Assembly (NCBI GenBank): GCA_051362555.1
Contig: CM120641.1
Coordinates: 47,498,401-47,562,400 of the forward strand
Length of the DNA: 64,000 bases
Reading direction: 5' to 3'
Source of the DNA: Lingula anatina
Taxonomy: Eukaryota > Animalia > Brachiopoda
Of the stretch, positions 56,457-64,000 are shown piece by piece. Each line of letters opens with the position of its first letter. Within the stretch, counting starts at the first letter, position 1. Below the pieces are notes generated by a model. That model did no database searches. It was not told where the DNA came from and saw nothing but the letters and a program-made list of their open reading frames with translations. Made by a program: the position numbers and the translations under genes.

Positions 56457-59400
56457 TTGCATGTAAATCAGATCTTGTATGTGCCACAAGCTACAGCTTA
56501 CAGTTTTGTATTGAAAATGCATATATAATTTTCCACTTTATTTCAGACTGTCCCCAGGAATTAATACAGTTCAACTCTTGGACAAATATCCAGCCCAGCA
56601 ATGCTCTATCCAAAATGTACACAGCTAACTTTAATGTCAGCTGCATGCATGGCTATGACTTTGAGAACCAGGAATACAACCAACAGGAATCAGTCAACAT
56701 GCAGTGTCTCTATGGGGGAAAGTGGAACATCCTCAGAAAACCAGTCTGTAAATGTAAGTAAATACTGGGAGAGTTTTCATACATGTCAGTTTATCAAAAG
56801 TTTGCATTACTTGCATTAGATTGTGCCATAGCATTAAAATCTGAGTTAGAAGGAAGCATGTATTTCTGAATCAGGTTGGACTTAGCTCGAGTTTTTAGAG
56901 CTCCAGTTAGTACTATTTAATATCTTGATTTGCCAACTGATGCCTGAAAAAAAAAAGATCTCAGGAAGGACAATTAATGTTTCTCATTTGAAAATGCTCC
57001 TCTCAGCAGCTATTGTGACAACTAAACCGAAAAAAAAAACTTAGGGACCATTCCCACAGATATTTGGATCGATCTATCTCCCTGGGGAGTCTCACTAAAT
57101 TGCTGTCAACTTGACTGGCTTAAATGTCTGTCATGCCTAGTAAAGCTCTTAGTGGGTAATTATCTTTACCCCCTAGCTGATTTGGTAGGCGTGACAGACA
57201 TTTAAGCTGGTTATTGGATAGCAATTTAGTGAGTTACAGGGGGTTACAGGGAGTTACATCGATCCAGATGGATCAATCTGGGCATGGGAACCCAGTCTTA
57301 GTTACAATGAGACTTAAAGGTACAATAAGTTACATTGACATTGGTAAGGTTAAAACCGCCATATTGAAAACCACATGTCATTCCAGTACACTACTGTGGC
57401 TCCTTGGGCAGTCAGAACAACATCCCCCATGGCTACCTGTCTAACACCACTGGCGTACTGTATGGAGATCAGGCGTACTATGTGTGTTTTGCTGGGTTCA
57501 CTCTCAATGGTTCCAACCCTGTGAACTGCACTGAAGATGGTTGGGTCAGCAATGACTTCCCGCGCTGTGAAGGTGGGTCATTTCATCAAGGATGAGAAAA
57601 TTTTAAATATTATCACAGAAATGGTTTCATTTGAAACAAATTTATTACATAAATTATACTAAAAAGTGCCAGCCAGTTTGTATGGTGTGTTTGTATAAAG
57701 TGTACTTATTTGAATGATGTGAGCTGAATTATATTATGATGCAAGATGTACAGGTAGATATTGCTGAAGATGTGTTATTTATTTGTTGTAACTGTATTTA
57801 ACAGCTCCATTGTGCACCCCAAGGCCACAGGTGCCTAACTCTAACCTTGAGATCACAGGGGACCTAATAGCCAAATATACATGTGACATTGGCTATGAGC
57901 TGGTAGGAACTCCCACGGCAGTGTGTAACAGGGACACTAAAAACTGGACCGCTGAGGCACCTTTTTGTCAAAGTAAGTTTTAAGCTGCACCTTTTACATT
58001 GAGCAGTTCAGTTTTATACTGCTCCTGATTAAAATAGCATGGCTATGATGTAAGAGAGTCAATTAAATAGAGAACCTGCACTCGGCATGGCCAGTCACAC
58101 CTTGAGATTACGGGATTATAACTGGGTTTATTTTGTATGTTGGGGCTTGTGAAAAGGTGTCACATATGTCTGTTAAAGTTGAACATAACACTTATGACTA
58201 AAATAATGACAAAACATCTAATTAACACACAATTTGGTTTAATAGGAAAACCCTGTCCAGCCCCATACCCTGTGATACGTCATGCCTCCCTGAACATCAC
58301 AAACACCACAGGAGTTTTATACTTTGAGGACACAATCATGGTGACATGTGATGTTGGATATGAACTAGAGGTCAATGTGTCCAATATACTGACTTGTAAT
58401 GCTGACCAGACATTTGGGGAGCTACCCAGGTGCATAGGTAAGCTTTTATAGACAGGAATGCAGATGATTGAGATTGATAAAATCTGAAAGAAAATAATAT
58501 CTTTATTGCAGTCATTGTTGTGTATATGGTTGAGGTTTTCTGGTAAACTTTATGTAATTATGGCAGTTAGACTTGACTTGTTAGACTAAAGAAATATGTC
58601 ACAACATTTAATCATTTTGTTAATTATTTTGATAGTTTTTCATTATCAGGCTTTTAAAATACCTGTTTGCAATAGAAATCTTAAAAGATTTACAAAATTA
58701 TGTTCAGATATCCTATTGCAATATGTTGCCCAACCATCGCAATGGTGAATCTGAAATTATTCCTCCATTCTAGATATCAATGAGTGTAACAGCACTAATA
58801 ATGGTAACTGTAGCCAGAACTGTGTGAACACCCAGGGTTCCTATCACTGTACCTGTAACCCTGGCTATAGGACTGACCCCATGGACTCCTTCCAGTGCAC
58901 AGGTCAGTGGTCTACTGTTTCCAGTAATTAAATATCACTGTTCCCGTCTGTTTCAGTGTAATGATTTGAGAGATCGCTGGTCACTTTACAGTGTCATTTA
59001 GCATTGGAGGGTTTTACTATTTAATGAAATTTTACTATTTAATCTTTAAAATTTTGACTTATCTTTCTTATTACCATAAATAAACACAAGAATTATCCAG
59101 GAGAATGTTTTTTTTCAAATCTCTAGAATTAGGTACTGTTTTATGATATTTTTAAAAAATATGAAATGGCCAACTGTCCGCAAAGTATCACATGATTCTA
59201 ATAATGTTTCAGTTCATTTGTTGTCTTGTACATTGTTTTTTTTATAGCCCCACTTTAATTTGACAACATCACAGGTATATTATACATGTTACAGATGTCC
59301 TGGAGTGTTCTATGAACAGTGGGCGTGGTCAGTGTGATGACACTATAATGAAATAACTAGCTCATATAAATGTAGCTGCAGTCAGACTGGCACAACTCTG

Positions 59401-62400
59401 ATGAAATGCCTTTTGGGTTAAAGAATGCAACACAAGTCTTTCAATAACTTAATGTTTACCTCTAGTTTTATCTTGACGATGTTATATATTCCAGATGTCC
59501 TTGAATGTTCTATGAACAGTGGGCGTGGTCAGTGTGATGACACCTGTAATGAGATAATTGGCTCATATAACTGTAGCTGCAGTCAGACAGGCACTACTCT
59601 GTTTAGCTCAAATGGGACCAGCAGTTTCTATATTCCTGCAGTGGAAACAGGGTTGATGTACAATGATGAATTTTATCTGAACCATACCTGTGTCAGTAAG
59701 TATGATATAGGAGGGTTATATAAGAGTGAAGAACTTACTAAGTAAGTGTTTTTTTTTTCAAAATCTCCATTAATTGTAGTTCTTAGTAACAGTTTATAAG
59801 TGACCAAAGATGTGATCACAGAAACCTCATTGTACTATTTTCTTAATACGAATTAATGGATAAGTATAAATAAGTGAAACAAAACATGCATATAACATCA
59901 TACTTTTTCCTCGTCATCAGAGGTAGAATGTGGCTTACCCGTAAATGCCAGCATGTTTGCTCATCTCCATGCACGCCCCCTGGATGTCAACCTAGGCCGC
60001 CCCTTCCGTTACCAAGACAACATCACATATCTGTGTGACATAGGGTATGTGTTGGGGGACGGCAGCAACAAGATGACACTAACCTGTGGTCAAGATGGAC
60101 AGTGGAGTGGGGGACTTCCTGAATGTCAAGGTGATCTCTTGGTGGCATTTGGGGATAGTTAAGTCACATCATAGGCAGAATTAGAGGGGGTGGGGATCCT
60201 GACCCCCCCCCCCCCCCCTTCGATTTCTGAAAAAAAAATCACACCAATGGTCCCCTCTTGAAATTATAATTTTGACTAGCTGAATCATAGTTCTAAACTG
60301 TACTAAATGTCACCATTCAACCTCTAAAATTTGCATCAAATTTTTGGGGCTTTGAGATGTATGAGGTCAGAAATAATGGGGAGAGAATTTAGGAATGCTT
60401 GTATCTTTGATATCACTTTGAAGTGTCTGTTTTCCATAAGTAGACATTCAGAAAAGAGTTCTAAAAATTTGGAATAAATTAATATAAGTTCATTACAAAA
60501 AATGTGCTAGACTGAGTAGTACTATAAAACAGTTAAAAATCAAATGATTGCCAGTTGCTGAAACACTTCTATGTCCTGAAGTTATTGATTAAAATGTGAC
60601 CTTGATATTTCAGCTGCTATGTGCATGGAAGAGCCTTTTCCCAGTGGTGCTATTGCAGGAACAAATAACCTGACCTACCAGGCTGTAGGCGAGATCACAT
60701 GTAACGTCTCCGGGGTCCGAAATGAAACCATTACTCGTTATTGTCAGTATAATCAAACTTCAGACAGTTACATGTTCACAGGACAGCCTATTAGGTGTAA
60801 TGGTAAGATATTTAGGATGGGTTAAGTACTTGGTGAAGCATACTGCAGACAAGTTCAATTGCATTAAATTGCAGAATAAAACATAGCCTATCTTGTTAAC
60901 TCTCCATTTGTCTTTCTTTACAAGATGAATGTATTAAGTATGATCTTTAATCTTTTGAAAAACTGCATTTTTAAATATTGATTTACTTGTATTTGTTTGA
61001 ATCATGTATGTCACATTGAAGAAGCCACATCTTGTTTTTTATAGAACAAAAGATGAAACATTGTAATTAATCATTGACATAAATGTGTTTATATAGTTAT
61101 AGACTGTGGGCAGCCAGACACTATAACAGGAGCCAATATAACAGTGGTGTCCACACTGTATCCTAGCAGCTTTACAGTAACCTGCAAAGATTTATACAGC
61201 CTTGCTGGAAACAGCAGCAAGTATGATAACATTGTGAGGTGTACAGCTGATGGATATTGGGACTATGGAGATCTTCGATGTGAAGGTAGATGTTATACCA
61301 CATTGGTTTTATTAGTTTTTTCTCGGTTTGTTTTATCTGAATGCAATGCTAATATGGATTTTTGGAAAGCCTAATTGCTTAATGATCTCTACTACAGAGT
61401 AGTTCATTTGATGCATTTGGTAACTTGTTTTTTATTGAACCATTTTTCTATTGGGCACATTTTTGTCAAATGGGTGCTGACATCAATAACAATTGATTTA
61501 ACTCTTTGGGGAAGATGTGATTTAAGAATCTACATTTTTGATTTGTTCACTTTTTAAAAATTACAATTAGCTTAAAAAAAGAGAGAAAAATTAGTCATAA
61601 TTATTTCATTCTTAACTACAGGGGCCACATGTAGTGACCCAGGGAGGCCTCCAGATGGCAGACAGGTGGCAGTAGATACCTATGAGGAGGGTAAACTGGT
61701 TAGATATGTCTGTGACAGGCCAGGTTATGAACCAGACCCTCCATACCCCTTGCTGTGTGAGGTGGCAGGTTCCAATCTTACCTGGAATGCCTCTGCACCT
61801 ACATGTGTGGGTGAGTATAACAAGGCAATGTGTTTAGAGGTGGAAGTGTCTCCTGATTTACCTAGAAATCCAGATATTTGAGAATTGTCTTAACCTATTA
61901 ACACCCCTTTACCCCTTGCTTTGTTGTATTTTCCAGGTCCACTTTCATCTCTGTGATATTTGTAATAAATTATTAGCCAGTTATTGGTGCCAGTGTATCA
62001 GTATTGTTTTCGTACCTGACAAGTAAAAGTAATACTTCTCTATGTATGGATTAGGTTTATGTCTCATTTTTCAGTTGATTTAAAATATGGAATTTCAGTA
62101 AATTATAATTTAAGTACCTTACAATTTGTACATCATTGTGATTCATAGTCACTTATTTATTTTCTTACTATACATTTTCCTTCTTTAAGCCCACAGCCAA
62201 TTATTTAGAGGTTATGTATATTATAAACTTATACTTATAATTACAGACAGGGAATCACCAGTGTTTACCTTCTGTCCCGGACCTTTTACTGTGGCTAAGC
62301 TTTCTGAACTGTTTACCATGCCATTTCCCAATGCCACAGACAACTCCGGGATGATACGGGACATCCAGGTGTCCCCTGTGGACTTCCATGGTTACGGGAT

Positions 62401-63652
62401 GTGGATAGAGCAGGACATGAATGTCACATACACTGCCTACGATCACGCTAATAACACGGTTACATGTGTGGTTAACATCAGGTTAAAAGGTGTGTTTTAT
62501 GCAGGTTATTGAAACGTGTAAGGAAAATAAAGAGGATTAATCTCAGCATCTAGATTAAATATATGGACCCAACATGTGTTAAGTCCCAGATAAAAAAGAT
62601 TAATCCCAGGGGTTAATCCCACAAGTAGGAATGAGTATTGGAATTTAAAATATGATATATATATCACCTACATTTTATATGTACTCTATGAATGACACAC
62701 AGAGTACATGTATATGTTTTTATAGATTCTGTTCATTTGTGAGAAGATTCATATAACTTCTCAGATCAAAGGGGAAGTATAATAAGAGCACTGAAATGCT
62801 CTATGTTTATTACTGATTACTTAATATCTTTTGATGAAAAGTGAATGAGTTTAGAATGTAATTAATGTGCACATTCTAACAGCAGCACATGTTGTACTAT
62901 TTCAGACCAGGAGCCACCGGTCATCAGCTGTCCTAACTCCACCACCCTGGTCATCCTGGAGGAGAACAGCCAACTGGTCATTACACAGGATGGACAACTG
63001 CAGGGTAACTACAGCACTATGTTCATGGCTGTGGCCACAGACAATGTCACACCTAGAGGTGAGATGACCTTCACCTTCAGCCCACCCTCACAGACCTTGA
63101 CCTCAGCTATGGTGGACAAGAGGATCACTTTCACAGCCACAGCTACTGACATGGCAGGAAACAATGCTTCCTGTAGTTTTGATGTGGTGCCAAAAGGTAT
63201 GGGAGAGGAAAACTTCTAATACCATCATCAGCATTTTATAAAGCACTTTCTTGTTTAAGGGGAAATCCGGCATTGCACGTTGTTTTTCACTTTCTTAGTG
63301 AATTTTACTTTAAATTAAATTACATCCATTACAGATCATTGTAATAGGTTACCAAGGCATGTACCACAAGTAATAATTAATTTTCCCGGGTAGTAATACC
63401 ACAGCTAGTTGTTCCACTATTTGTAATTGGTATAAATTTTCCTTTCAGCCTCTCCCTGTAGTACTTGGTACCTGCCAACCCCTAAGTTTGGTACCAAGAC
63501 ATGTACCACCAGTAATACCACAACCAGCTGTATTACTATATGTAACAGTGGGTATGGATTCCATGGTGGACAGGCTTCCATTGTATATACATGTGACACC
63601 TCAGCTGACCAGCCAGAATGGAGCAATAATGGAACTGTACAGGATTGCGTAG
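44371..63652 (+). CDS. Uninflatable-like / SVEP1-related multidomain extracellular protein (signal peptide, C-type lectin, LDLa, 3 CUB, CCP/sushi repeats, Ca-binding EGF, 2 HYR); continues beyond the window
   Basis: Approximate exons: 44371-44445 (signal [25 protein letters not shown]); 47941-47974, 48467-48548, 48777-48873, 49131-49343 (CLECT: YWIGL, EPN); 49555-49651 (LDLa: [13 protein letters not shown]); 53025-53158, 53596-53802, 54252-54398, 54659-54864, 55385-55560, 56140-56304 (3 CUB); 56547-56753, 57387-57572, 57804-57972, 58246-58437 (CCP); 58773-58902, 59495-59695 (EGF: DINEC); 59921-60130, 60614-60802, 61097-61285, 61622-61810 (CCP); 62246-62489, 62905-63196 (HYR); 63449-63652. Confidence 0.85.
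47010..47790. repeat. Diverged tandem duplication, period about 390 bp
   Basis: TTA(G/A)GATTGGGACA at about 47010 and 47401. AGAGAAAAAAGCATTCACACAATATT...CCATTCCTC(A/C)ATCCAGCC at about 47303 and 47692. Confidence 0.7.
48030..48260. mobile_element. PIF/Harbinger-like MITE family A, degenerate and truncated copy
   Basis: TAA|GACTGGGTTTCCAC...GATCGATC start and the family A core; right TIR lost. Confidence 0.6.
49706..52827 (+). mobile_element. Helentron-associated non-autonomous element (HINE/DINE-1-like) with internal 160-bp tandem repeats
   Basis: 5' hairpin TATGTACAGACAC...GTGTCTGTACATA, then a (GTC/GCC)n microsatellite, then about 4 units of 160 bp (ACCGATAACACGATAAGTGGAAAACCA at about 49823, 49984, 50144, 50302), then longer degenerate repeats. 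3' subTIR TGTCTGTACAT (52796-52806) followed by hairpin CAGCTTTGCTG and CTTGT. Relatives at about 34758-34803 (+) and about 2040-2232 (-). Confidence 0.72.
52511..52667. mobile_element. MITE family C copy (reverse orientation) nested in the HINE-like element
   Basis: Reverse complement of the family C core (CTGTCAGAAAATATC...ATCTGCTCCTG), TTATT(G) on both flanks. Confidence 0.62.
56395..56456. repeat. (TTA)n microsatellite
   Basis: Seen directly. Confidence 0.95.
57044..57297. mobile_element. PIF/Harbinger-like MITE family A, copy 5
   Basis: TTA TSD, GGGACCATTCCCA...TGGGAACCCAGTC ends, family A core. Confidence 0.78.
59290..59400 (+). pseudogene. Degenerate duplicate (pseudo-exon) of the adjacent EGF exon 59495-59600
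   Basis: CAGATGTCCTGGAGTGTTCTATGAACAGTGGGCGTGGTCAGTGTGATGACAC is nearly identical to the real exon, followed by a 1-nt deletion and stop codons. Confidence 0.8.
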
Positions 63653-64000
63653 GTTAGTGTGTGGAACGAGAAATTCATCTAATATAATTCCCAAGACCCA
63701 TTTTAACATCCAGCAGTTATCTGTACTTGGATGTCATACTCCCTTTTGAATGAGGGTACCCCCCTCCCTTCCAGCACAATTGGATGTTCCTCTGTCTGAA
63801 AAGTGAAAAGGGCCCCAAGATGGTCGCTGATTTTAATGTGCCTTACACTTTTTGAATATTTTTGTTAGATTCATTGTTTTTGTTAGATTTATTGAGATGC
63901 AAAGCTTAGTCAATTGTGAAAAGCTCTTTGGTAACCTGTGATGATGCAGAATCTGATCACTCTGGCTTTAGGTCCATTCTCAGTTGCTGCTGCTTATGGA

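Noticed and set aside
56142-56522. Poly-Asn minus-strand ORF
   Set aside because: Antisense reading of a (TTA)n microsatellite and a CUB exon.

Overview
AT-rich, intron-rich animal genomic DNA from an invertebrate, probably a mollusc or other lophotrochozoan (inferred from gene content and repeat types; the species cannot be identified). Six spliced genes can be built by hand with GT-AG introns: NCOA4/ARA70-like (minus strand, runs off the left edge), a calcineurin-B/CHP-like EF-hand protein (+), a 148-aa death-domain-only protein (+), DAPP1/Bam32-like SH2-PH (minus), KAT8/MOF MYST acetyltransferase (+), and a large uninflatable-like CLECT-LDLa-CUB-CCP-EGF-HYR protein (+, runs off the right edge). 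Introns carry several non-autonomous DNA transposon families. The most unusual region is about 17.2-23.2 kb, directly downstream of the EF-hand stop codon. It is a dense nested mosaic of short fragments from at least five TE groups (RTE-like LINE, MULE, Gypsy, BEL/Pao, Ginger/Gypsy integrase). Every orientable fragment is on the minus strand, and several junctions carry exact 17-22 bp duplications. This is a candidate uni-strand piRNA-cluster or TE-capture locus. All family calls come from manual translation and motif recognition; no database searches were run.
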